Source: Lama guanicoe
Taxonomy: Eukaryota
DNA length: 64,000 bases
Direction: 5' to 3'
Assembly: GCA_013239625.1 (NCBI GenBank)
Contig: MU053493.1
Location: forward strand, 2,303,793-2,367,792
In this document: positions 40,258-51,220 of the stretch, in pieces
Layout: each line of letters opens with the position of its first letter
How positions within the stretch are numbered: position 1 is the first letter of the stretch
Program-made: the position numbers and the translations under genes
Notes under the pieces: model-generated
Database searches by the model: none
Told to the model about the DNA's origin: nothing
Seen by the model: the letters and a program-made list of their open reading frames with translations, nothing else

Positions 40258-40578
40258 CTGCAGATTTAGAAATTTGAGATTTTTTTAATAACTGCAAAAG
40301 AAATTCAGTCACACCTAATGATTGATTAACAGAATGTAGTGGTGTGTTACCTAGACAGAAACCGTGCTGAGGTGCTGTAGTAAATGGTCTATTAGTAAAA
40401 AAATACACTTTAGGGCACAGCATCGTATCACAAGTCACAGCAGGGATACTCCGCAAGGATTTATTCAAACTAGAGAATTCTGAGTAACTATCTTTTAAAT
40501 GCAGCACTTAAAAATGTAACAACTCTGTGCACTCTTTTTCTTAAAAAAATGACCTTGTGTGTGTCATAGAAACGCTGC

Positions 40579-40584
40579 TTTATT
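40579..40584 (-). terminator. Proximal poly(A) signal AATAAA
   Basis: tttatt on the plus strand; U-rich stretch downstream on the minus strand. Confidence 0.6.
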
Positions 40585-41632
40585 GCTGCAGAGGTCAAAG
40601 TTCAAGGCTCAAGAGGTACAGGAGAGAATACAAAGGTAGCCTTAAGAAACTTGGTTTTATGTATAAAAAAGGTACAGTTTATAAAAGTTAATTTACAAAC
40701 CAAGAACAAAGTTGTACGCACGCATTCTGTACAAGCATACTTAAAACATCAGAAGTTTCAAAGGCATGGCCAAAAGGAAGAGAAAACCACCACTGCTCCT
40801 CCCCCCCAAAAAAAAATCCCCAGATCACACCATTATTTTCTTCTGGGTGATTATACATTTCTGAAACCACCAAATCCACAATTTACTCGATCTTTTTCAT
40901 GATACAGTATCCAGATGTGCACAAAAGCCATAAGAACTTAGTAATACACAGAATGATCTAAGAATTAAAAACATGAGGGTAAGGCATTCCTGCTGGTTAG
41001 TATGTCTGCGGTGATATGGTTAATTTATAGACCCAGAGAGGCCACGGAATCAGCTGCACATGCTTTGGTGTCCTTCCCTAAGAAAAATGAGTTTTCATAT
41101 ACAGTAAGTAATTGTCTTCACTTGACCCCCCCAAAAGCTATAAATTCCCCTCGCTGTACATTTCTGTTAAATCCACTACACTGGTTATATAGTCGAGGTG
41201 CATTTTTAAAACGTGTGCATATTACCTCATGCAAAATAAAATAAAATGTGTATGCAGGCCAGGGCCGTGAAAAAGTCGGAAACTGTACTTTGGAAAGAAC
41301 AAAACTCAAATGCACCCCCGTACTGGCTGGTATTTTAACGGAAATCAATGTGTGAAGTTAAGCAGTGACCAGAACAAAGTAGAGACTGTCACAGAGCATC
41401 GCCGGAGCCTCCCGCCAGCACCGACAGCTCCTCACTCCCGAGCGTGCGGCGGGGGTTCCGGCCACGGTCAGGGCAACACGCTCATCCTCATCAGTTCAAA
41501 CACACGCTGAGTACTAACACTGCAGTATCAATCCTAAGGAAAGTATAATACTTGATAGAGTGGTTCCATTTAGATTTAGTAAGTTTAACCCAGTTTCACA
41601 TTAGTTAATCTCAAGTTCCTGTATTTTAAGAA

Positions 41633-41727
41633 TCAAAAGTGGTCAATCAGGACAGAAACACAGTTTGCTCCAACAAGATAATTTGGATCTCCAGGAAGAC
41701 ACTTGTTTTGCCAGGTTTTAGGATCAC
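41633..41727 (-). CDS. TJP1: TJP1 last coding exon (DPKTWQNKCLPGDPNYLVGANCVSVLIDHF*), TGA at 41633-41635
   Basis: tcatag|GTGATCCT...CACTTTTGA; translated by hand. Confidence 0.97.
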
Positions 41728-41970
41728 CTATGAGAGAAAAAAAAAAGCTCAGGTCATTTACAGTTGGTTAGACTGCTCTCTGGGACACTTGGCAGTTGTG
41801 GGGTGACCATAAACATACGTGTTCAGACACGTGCTTCTGTTTGTTCAGCATGCCGCACTCGCCGCAACGCCTCAGTGCCGCGTGTTTCATCCAAGACCCA
41901 CTAGGGTCTGGAGATTCAAAACCTACAGATTTTCTCTTATTCTTTATGTTTTCAAGTTCATGCCTTTTCT

Positions 41971-42132
41971 TTTCTTTTTTTTGGATCTATTTTACTTTTA
42001 TTTTATTTTTTTGAAGGGGGAGGTAATTAGGTTTATTTATTTACTGAATTTTAACGGAGGTACTGGGGAATGAACTCAGGACCTCATGCATGCTCAGCGT
42101 GCGCTCTACCACTGAGCTATACCTTTCCCCCC
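41971..42132 (-). mobile_element. Vic-1-type SINE in the last TJP1 intron (sense to the gene)
   Basis: TSD agtt[c/t]a[t/c]gccttttc. Confidence 0.9.
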
Positions 42133-44343
42133 AGTTTACGCCTTTTCAAACAATGAAAAAAAGTCGGGGTGACCATGTGACTGAGACAGTTCCAGTTTGC
42201 CCCTGAGGCCACATAATCTGTAACAGCACCCCTCTCACTTCCCAAAGTATGGATGATAATTATATGATCACTGCATCTGAGCCTAGTATGAGAACACATT
42301 TCTCACTCTCAATGACAGACCAAATGAAATCTTGAACGTTCTGCAGAATTTGGTTCCAGAAGACCCTCCCCTCCTTTACCCAATCAGTGAGACTGGGCCA
42401 GTGTCTCAGCCCCAGTCCTGCTGTACGACACAACCACCCTCGGGGCTCTGAGGGCTCGCTGAACCGGGAGACCAAAGCAGGCCTGGGCGCTGGCACTTCC
42501 AACCAGCTCTTGGTGGCCGGAGATGCGCAGCCACAGCTCAGAGGCCCTGGTCACGGACCTGACTGGGAAGAAGGCTGGGGCATTGCATGTGTCTGTGGGA
42601 TCCGAGGTCCATGATGGGCAGAGCTGCTGCCTCTGCATTGCTGATGGCAGCGCTTCTCAACCAGGAGCAGTTCTGCCCGCACCGCCCCTCCCTGCACCGG
42701 GACAATGTCTGGACAGGTTTCTGCTCATCACTGGAGCCTGACAGGCAGAGGCCAAGGAGGCCGCTAAACACCCCACCACACGCAGGACAGACAACCTGGC
42801 CTGAGGGTCTGTTGGCGGCCAAGGCTGAAAAACCCTGCTGCCCACAGTGAGCTGTCTGCCACCTCAGCGACGTCCGAGTCATGCTGGGCTCGGCATTTAC
42901 GGCAGAGGGATTTAACGTCACAGGTACACGTGCGCCTGTGCAACACTGCCGATTATAAACTGCTTACAGTTGTGACAGCTCTTTGGAAAAATCTTATTTT
43001 AGGTTCAAGTTTCTTTCCAATATACTATGTTTTCTTGGAATTAAGTCAGTAGCTATCAAAATCTACTTTTGCCTTTCTGGACAGAAATTTACAGTAACAA
43101 AGCATTCTAAAGGCACACAGGATTACACAAAAGTACACCCCTCTTCTAGGTGTACGTCCTCAAATTTAACACAGGAGAAAGTAAGTTAATTTGTTAGATT
43201 GAAAGAACTTAGATGTTGTGGCACAGAATAAATTATATGAAGCATCTTGATTTTTTTTCATATCTAAAAAAAACCCCTATAAAACAAGTAACTACAATAG
43301 ACAATTACTTTAAGGATCCTTCAGCCTATTTGGGATTAGAGGTGGTCACAGCTCATGCTAAAACCTGACTTTCGGAATCTATGTTTTAAATGCAGTTTCA
43401 TTAATGTTAATTCATTAATTCAAACTAGGCTAATAAAATGTTCCTCATAGGTATGAGGAAACTTCATATCTGGTATGTAAAAATTCACTGATTTTTCCCA
43501 GAAAATGGAGTACTTGTGAATATCAGGAAATATATTATTAATATATATTTTTATCTTGGCTAGTATTAAAAAAGGCTCTTTACACTGTAAAACTCTTTCA
43601 TACTGTAACAAACTAAAACTGTATAATACTCATCTGATTTATCAGAAATTCAGAATAACTTTAAATCCTTTTTTCTACATCAGGTTCAGCTAAAGTGATC
43701 TATACCAAAAATGTAGAAGGGTCCAGCTGACTTCAGTCTGACTCAGTCACCGAGGAAGTGAGAAATGTGGAAACGGCATGGAAACTTTGAGATTATGATC
43801 TGTCAGCAAAAGCCATTTACAAATAGTGTCTCAGAGAAGTTATTTAGTTTTACTAGGGAAAACCATGGCCAAGTGTGATCACAGTGGAAGGTCTCTTATC
43901 TTTCACGTTTCTGTTGTATTTATAATCTACTTTGGAGATTGAGAAATTAATTTCTATCTTTGGTTACTATTCTTTATTCTTTATTACATAAAGGAATCAA
44001 ATCATTTCAGTAAAAAGATGAAAACGCCTATGCACGTAGGACAGTATCAATCCTCCCACTGCATCTTAAAAATGTTGACAGAACAAATAATTTTGTGGAA
44101 TACCACGACCAAGAGACAGCCACTCTTTGGCCAAATCATCAAATGTTTAAAAGGCAGACATTTCTCTACCCTTCCATTTCTGATACATGTACCACAACGA
44201 AGTTCCAGAACACTGGTGATGCCCACGAGGCCACAGGCACAGAGGGAGAGATCCCCTAACATGCAGTAGGGCAGCCCCACTGGCCAGGGATCAATCAATG
44301 ACAGTCCCCAAAGCCCCCAAAGGACAGAGTGAAGACAGCATAC

Positions 44344-44487
44344 CCGACGAGGAGTCGGATGATTTTAGAGCAAAAGACCAACCGTCAGGAGTCATGGACG
44401 CACAGTGTGGCAAGCGCAGCTCCACGGGCTTCAGGAACTTAAGGCCATGGGGCCCGCACATCACCAAGGGGCTCAGCAGCGTCTCAC
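44344..44487 (-). CDS. TJP1: TJP1 exon ~27 (ZU5 C-terminal half: ETLLSPLVMCGPHGLKFLKPVELRLPHC[ASMTPDG[WSFALKSSDSSSG]]); 84, 105 or 144 nt depending on donor
   Basis: ccag|GTGAGACG; same-phase donors after 44404 (T|gtgcgt), 44383 (G|gttggt) and 44344 (G|gtatgc). Confidence 0.95.
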
Positions 44488-44599
44488 CTGGAGCGGGGGC
44501 GGGGCGAGAGGTTAGACCGTGGCTCCCGTCTAGGCCCACCGAGCTCCTCCCCTCCGCCTAGCGCCGTCTAAGGCCAAATGGGGTCAGTTCTCTACAGGA

Positions 44600-44860
44600 G
44601 CGTGGCCAGGAGAAACACAACACAGGCCACAGGTGGAATTTAAAATCTGGTCGCCATGTGAGAAAGGAAACAGGTGAAGTCAATTGTAATGTTTTTATAA
44701 CCCAGTACATCCAAAACAGTATTTCAACCTGGGATCAAGAAACGGCATCTTTGAAAGCAGTGTGTATTTTACACTCCTGCACCTGTCAAATAACACTGGC
44801 CACATTTCACGTGCTAAAGGGCCACACGTTGCCAGTGGCTACAGCCCTCAGCCAGAGGGA
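44600..44860. mobile_element. hAT-Charlie relic (MER33-like)
   Basis: gaaacaggtgaagtcaatt...acccagtacatccaaaac...gccacatttcacgtgct. Confidence 0.6.
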
Positions 44861-45387
44861 TCTCACAGTGTGAGACATTCACACGTACTTCTTACTCATG
44901 TCGCTTGTGTCCTACGTTTAGACTTGGTTTAAGAGATTCCCGCAGGCCAACATACATTCCAGCAAAATGGAAGACAATGAGCCAAAGCAATACGTGTGTG
45001 AAGCAGAGCTCGGCTGCCAGACCCCACAAGAAGCTGTCCTGTGGTCCTCACGCTGCAGCCCCACACAGCCGGGACCACTGCCAGACTGAGCGCTCCTCGG
45101 TTCCTGAGCACTGGGAGGGCCCTTCCCCCTTCGGCCGATGCTCCACATGCTCATCAGGGGGATGAGGAAGAAACCAGCCCCAGGGGCCCCCATCCCACAC
45201 TCGGGGGACAGGCCCAGAGTGGGTGTGGCCTAAGCCACCTCCGGAGAGTGCTGGGGTGAGTGATCCCCGACACTGAGGGAGGCCGGCTGCGGCTGCCCGA
45301 CAGGGAGAGGACACGCCTGCTGACACCCCCCCCCCAACCCAGGGCAAGTCCCGGGAGGAAACCAGGCAGGAAGCCCGGCCCACTCAC

Positions 45388-45605
45388 CCTTCTCCTTGTC
45401 CAGGGGCGGAAGGATGCTGTTGTCCCGGCAGACCTTGAAGTAGATCTCCTGCTCCACTCCATCGGGGATGGCCCCCTGCGGGATGATGATGCTCACACCC
45501 GTCTCTATGGAGCTGAGCACCCCGCCGTTGCTGCTGAACACGCCGCGTGCCGTGGCCACCACAGTGTGGCCGTCCTCGTCCTCCTCCTCATCCACGGCTG
45601 CTGGG
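45388..45605 (-). CDS. TJP1: TJP1 exon ~26 (218 nt, ZU5 N-terminal half: PAAVDEEEDEDGHTVVATARG...LDKEKG)
   Basis: cccag|CCCAGCA...AAGG|gtgagt; lies within ORF 45230..45646. Confidence 0.97.
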
Positions 45606-47099
45606 CTGGGAGACCAGAGCGGACAGTGAGTGCGCCCTCTGCACACACCGAAAGGGGGCTTTCACGGAACTTTTATTTCTCCGTATGATCAAGGTTACCT
45701 ACTTAGTAAGTTTTCACTGACAGATTTTACTCACAGGGACAGCAAAGCACATCCTTCCTGGAGAAATCAACTTCTTTTTTGAAGGCCACCAGTCAAGTCA
45801 CCTTCATTACTGACTTCTGCAACCAGAATGTACAAAGCCTGACACCCCAGTATTCTATGTCCATGAAATCGGTGCTTTAAAACTGATGGAATGTCACGGC
45901 TGAACTGGCAGCATGGTTTCTTCTTCTCGGAGATACAGAAGAATCTTACATTTGACGGCACCTTAGACCTGATAACACACAGAACTAGGTCTGTACCTCC
46001 CTAGGATTTGGGTGCACTGTGGCCTTTCCTTTGCACTCCCTGGGTACCAAACGCCCTTGTCCTCAAGCAAGAAGGCTCCCACCATTCTGTGGGGGTCATT
46101 CTAGACCCTGGCTTGGGCAAACACTCACGACATGGCACACAGAGAACACATGAGGCAGAGGGGGTGCAGTACCCCTTCTCCTTCACAAATAGAGGCTATC
46201 AGGACCTCCAGAAGTCAAGTGCAGAGCAGGGACTGGCGGTGAGTGGGGCAATGTGCTGAAGAGATAACAGCATGTGACGTTGCCCTGAGGACCAGAGCAC
46301 AAGGCTGGACTCCACTCCCAGGGGCGGAAGCACTGCATAACACCTGTGAGGAGCCACCAGAACCCCAAATCCCCAACTGTCCTTTCTCTTGGACAGAAGA
46401 CTGAGGTGGTCCTCCAGGTCCTCAGCTTTGCCTGGGAGTGCCTTCTGCTCCAATGAGTGGCCTGAAAAGCTAAGTGGATCTGCGAGGCGGAGGCGGGCTT
46501 CTGTGTGGCCAGCAGTCTGGTCTATCGCTGTGTGATGTCAAGAGAGACGGGAGGAGCCAGAGGACGGCTCCAGGCAGGCTGGCTTTGTCTGGTCCACTCA
46601 GCCACCTTACCAAAACTACCGGGGAAGCTGCTTTTCAAACAACCACCCTGAGGTTGTGTTCATGTCTTTATAAACTCACTGGTGAACAGACAGTGGATGA
46701 GGAACACAGACACCTATGCCTTTGAGATCCTCTCCAGATGTCCCTCACCAGCTGCAGGTTTGAGATTACGGGATGTGTGGACGGCTCAGAGTACGGGCTG
46801 TGGGGCAAGATGCCCGGGGGCTGACCTAGGTCCCCCAACCCGGCTGTGGGGCCGCGAGGGAGCTGCAGCGCCAGCAGGGACAGGGACAGCGCCCGAGCAC
46901 ACACACTGCTAACTGCGCTACCTTCCCACGTGTCTTGTTCCCCCTAGAGAACCTTCTGGAGAATGAGATGCATTCACGCCAATGTCTTGGACAACACTGT
47001 TCAGCTTAAAGTTTCAGTTAAAATGATCATGAAAACCCCAAAAACACATCAAACTCACATCAGAGAAATCTCTAGGCCAAGAAAAAAGCAGACTCTTAC

Positions 47100-47574
47100 C
47101 TCACGGGAACGGCTTTAGGCACGGTGCTGTTACTCATTTGGTATCTGGGCTTATCCGCGTGGGCCGAGAAAGTCTCCACTCCGCTGTCACACTCGGCGAG
47201 CTGCGCTGACCCGGGCGCCCTCACGACAGTTTTGGGAGACGTGGGGGCTTTGGATGCTAAGTCAGGTTTGTGTGCGGCTTCACCGGGCAGGAGGTTGTGG
47301 TTGAATTTAGGACTTTCAAACTTGCGCTCAAACGGCCGAGCGGAACTCGTGTAGGGCTTCGGGGTGAACCGGCTGTAGGCCGGGGCAACCGTTTTCTGAG
47401 CCTGCTCGGCCCCGCTGGCTGGAGCCTTGTCTGGGAAGCTTTTCTGGGAGTAGAAAGCAGACTGCGCACCGTCTTCTCGGTTCGGGGGTCTGTAAGCTGC
47501 TGGCTTATTCTGAGACGGAGGTGGGTCTGGTTTGGGCACTAACGAGTTCTGGAAGTCCAATGACACGGAGTTAC
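47100..47574 (-). CDS. TJP1: TJP1 exon ~25 (475 nt: GNSVSLDFQNSLVPKPDPPP...VPKAVPVS)
   Basis: ttcag|GTAAC...GTGAG|gtaaga; overlaps ORF 47096..47566. Confidence 0.97.
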
Positions 47575-48519
47575 CTGAAGCAAAAACGTGTAAGTATTTT
47601 TAAAACTTCCTGAAAACGGAGTATGATCTATAAAAATACCAAACTACTATGTGGTACATATGAAACTAATATAATAATTATACTTCAATAAAAAATAATA
47701 CAGTAGATTGGATGGTTTGGAAAATAATTAGAACTCCATCTCTAACCGGCTGTAATGGTTCGTGAGATGGAAAAGAGCCATTGTAACAGGTGAAGAATAA
47801 AATCTACCCAGATGAGGAAATGAGTCATCAAAGTATCAACAAGTGATGCTCTGTGGGAGACCATGCTATCCATGATTCTAAACTAAGTTTTGGGGGATAA
47901 ATCTTGAAATAATTCTTCATCCGTAAAAGAACAGAAACCAAAACAATCTCCTGACACAAGTTTCAACAGCCCTGAGGACTCTCCTGTCCTAACCTGTCCT
48001 GGTGTCAGAGTGAAGGCCTGGGTCTGGGTCAGCACAGCCTGAGGGACCCGGAGGCAGCAGGGACACAAGGGATAGTCCCAGCAGACCCTCCTGCTGCTCT
48101 GGAGTTGGAGACCTGCCTCCAGAGACTGGCGTCAGAGTGACCCCGCTCCAATGTCCATGACAAATCAGAAACACAATGACAGATGTGGCCATGTTAAGAA
48201 AACCAGTAGTACAAAACTCACCAGTTACAGTTTAAAAAGAAAGGTCACAGATGGGGAGAAGCTATTTACATGTATAACTGATAAACTTACAAAGACAACT
48301 ATACACCCACAAGAAAGAATCAACCTAATAAGAAAATGACAAAGACCTGAAACAGGCAGAAACACAAGGGAAGACTAGATTAACCACTCAGTATCACTAT
48401 TAACTAGTAAATGCAAAACAAAAAACCACTGAATACCAATTCACATTCATTAGTTTGGCAAACTAAAGTCTGGTAATGCCAGGCATTGGCAAAGACGTGG
48501 AACAGCAGACCTTTCCATG

Positions 48520-48937
48520 TAGCGATCCTTTCTGACTTACAAGGGGGTCATGTCTCGATAAACCCATTAGAGGTTGAAAGTCAAAAAGGCATTTAATACA
48601 CCTAATCTACCAACACCAAAGCTTAGCCAAACTCAAATGTGCACAGAACAGTTAAAACAGCCTACAGTTGGGCAAAATCATCTAAGACAAAACCTATGTT
48701 ATAATAAAGCATGGAACAGCTCATGTCATCTACTGAACGCTGTAGTGAAAACCGGAGCAGTGGTCCAGGTCCAGAACGCTGGGGAGCGTGTGGGTGGTTT
48801 ACCCCTGCGGGCGTGGGGCTGACCACCGCACATCACTAACCCAGGAGCAGAGCAAAGTTCGATTATGACTTCTACTGAGCACGCATCACTTTTGCACCAC
48901 TGTCAAGTCAAGCCATCTTAAGTCAAGAAGCGTCTGC
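48520..48937 (+). mobile_element. TcMar-Tigger MITE (MER47-like)
   Basis: gacttac...gataaacccat...gcctacagttgggcaaaatcatctaa...taagtc...gtctg matches the recalled consensus. Confidence 0.75.
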
Positions 48938-49149
48938 ACCGCTGGTGGCGGTGCACAATAGTGCCATCTGAATTCTATGAAATAATTCAGGAAAACATAT
49001 CAGTGTCATACAAACTCTTTCAGAAACAAGAGAAAGAGGGAACATGTCCCAGCTCTCCTTTACGAAACCAGCACAACTTTGATATCAAAACCAGACCAGG
49101 ACATCACAAGGAAAGGTTATAAGCCTAAATTCCTTGTGAACACATTAAT

Positions 49150-49189
49150 GTAACATTTCACGGTAGGTAACATTTCATGGTAGGTAACA
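49150..49189. repeat. 17-bp tandem duplication gtaacatttca[c/t]ggtag
   Basis: Read directly from the sequence. Confidence 0.9.
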
Positions 49190-49224
49190 GAATAAAGGAG
49201 AAAAGTCCCGTGACCATCTTAGCG

Positions 49225-49361
49225 CAGTTGGCCCCCCGCACCGCGGATGCAGGACCAGTGGACACGGACATGGCTGATGTGAGGGACTTGAGCAGCTGCA
49301 GATCTGGGAAGGCACAGGGGTCCGGGGACCAATCCCCTGCAGATACCGAGGGGCAGCTGTG
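49225..49361 (+). mobile_element. MER2-like (Tigger) relic within old L1 sequence
   Basis: agggacttgagca...accaatcccctgcagataccgagggg. Confidence 0.7.
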
Positions 49362-49769
49362 CATGAAGAAAAAACACTAGACAAAATGCTTTCAGCAAAC
49401 ACAGGGACTAAGGGAACACCCTGAATGTAATAAATGGCACCTACAAAACCCCTACCGTTAACGTGGTCAGGGTAAAACATCCGATCCTTTCTCCCCAAGA
49501 TGGGAACTAGCAGATGTCTGCTCTCATCACTTCTCAACATTTTCCTGGATGTCTCAGCCAGTGCAGAAAGGCAAGAAAAAGAAAGAAAAGGCACAAGGTC
49601 TGGAGAGTAAAAACTTAAACTTTCTTCATCTGCAGACAGGATAGTGTGTAAAGAAAATGCTAACCCTGGACTGGACTCCTACGTGAATAACAGAAGTACT
49701 GCTTTTTCAGAGCGAAACGTTAACAGGAGACTGGATGAACTGAGGCATATTTTTTCCAAGTAACAAGTC

Positions 49770-50010
49770 AGAGGGGTGCTGGAGGGTGGAGGCGTCGGAT
49801 GGATGGCAGGGGGCTGTGGAGGGGGACTGAGGAAGCAGCAGGGGCAGACAGAGGTGCTGTCAACAGCGGAACCGGCCAGCTGCGTTGGCTGGATGGCAGA
49901 GGGAAGGATTCCATGGAAAGGGAGAGAGTGATGGAGGAGACAGAGGAAGACGAGGAAGACGGGGATGAGGGGTGGGCAGTCCGCATGGGGAGGAATGGAT
50001 CCAGCTCAGA
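49770..50010 (-). mobile_element. L2 LINE ORF2 remnant
   Basis: Translation LDPFLP...SITLSLSMESFP resembles L2 LDPIPS...IINLSLSTGSFP. Confidence 0.6.
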
Positions 50011-50405
50011 GAGACGTGGGGGAGACCGAGCACGCTCGAGCTGCGTCCCCTCCACAATAGAGATGTCCTCACAGAACGCACGTGCGCAGGCCCAGTGCTG
50101 AGGGTACACGTGACATGGAACCCGGCTGTCCTATATCCATGAGTGTAGACGGAACAGAACCGTCATTTTTACAAACCACCGAGTGTTTAGTTTTGGACAT
50201 ACTGGTAAACAAACTCTACTTCCAGAAACAGCTGTGCTAATAAGACAGAGTAAAATCTATGTAGCTAAAAGGCTCGTCTGATACAATGGTCATAATCACA
50301 AAACCCTGACTTTCTGTCCCCAGCCCAGAAGTGTCAAGTGTGTATGTTACACAACCCACCCCCAACCCGCATCACAGCGGCACTGTCCACCCCTGAACGC
50401 CCTAC

Positions 50406-50587
50406 CTTCGCCGTGCGACCCCTTGGCGTGTGTGTGGAGGCCGAGCGGCGGCCCGGGCTGAGGATGCTGGCTATAGGCCTGGCCGTACTGGGCGGGCGGT
50501 GGCGGCGGCGGCGGGGCCGCCTGCACTGGGTCGTAGCGCTTCTCACCCAACGACCGGTCCACAGCCTCTGCTTCAGGAGACTTTCCC
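50406..50587 (-). CDS. TJP1: TJP1 exon ~24 (182 nt: GKSPEAEAVDRSLGEKRYDP...AKGSHGE)
   Basis: cccag|GGGAAAG...GAAG|gtaggg; lies within ORF 50347..50613. Confidence 0.95.
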
Positions 50588-51014
50588 CTGGGAAAACATG
50601 AAGAAAACACCAACCTGAAAACGGATTCACGTTAAGAAAACAATTCCCCATTCTTCCAAGTAGTCCTGAGTTTTTTAAAAAATGGAGAACTTCACAGTTT
50701 CTTCCTATGGATATTCAAGCGAGTTCAGCCATCCAGTAAGTAGCACAAGAGATGTAGAGACAGAACAGACATTTAAAGAATATCAGTAGAACATCCAGAA
50801 GATGGCAACGAAAGGCAGATGAAACTCTGGCTATACCTGTGATATTTAATAGTGCCGTTTGCAAAACAGTTAGGGTTGTTAGGTTTAACAACGTCCTGCC
50901 AATATTTTGAAAAATCTTTACTGGCCCCAATCTTGCTGAGACTGACTTCTGGTCTGCATCCAAGGTGTGGAGCGCTGGTTCGGGCACTCTAAGCACCACA
51001 GAGGATGTCACTGG

Positions 51015-51220
51015 CCAGGGCCTGGCACAATTTTTAGTCAAGGGCTGGACAGTACATGTTTTCAGCCCCCTGGGACAGACGGAGTCTGCCATGGCTATTC
51101 ACTGTCTGCCCAAGAGCAACCAAAACCAACACTTAAGTGAAAGGGTGTGGCTGCACCCTAGTAACACGAGAAGAAACCAGTTATCTTTAACATGTGCCCT
51201 TGGTTTACCAGATCCACTGT
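51015..51220 (+). mobile_element. MER58-like hAT relic
   Basis: cagggcctggcacaatttt...aagggctggacagta...gtgtggctg. Confidence 0.55.

Larger units (their letters stand above)
40220..41632 (-). other. TJP1: TJP1 3'UTR (about 1.4 kb)
   Basis: Mostly AT-rich sequence with no recognisable interspersed repeat, between the stop codon and the AATAAA signals. Confidence 0.85.

Noticed and set aside
7059..42132. Eleven tRNA-Ala(AGC)-like sequences as true tRNA genes
   Set aside because: They have A-rich tails, mostly with TSDs, altered 5' ends and scattered stem mismatches, so they are SINE copies
49768..50109. Ser/Pro-rich minus-strand ORF in a TJP1 intron as a novel alternative exon
   Set aside because: Resembles an L2 ORF2 remnant and lacks convincing flanking splice sites
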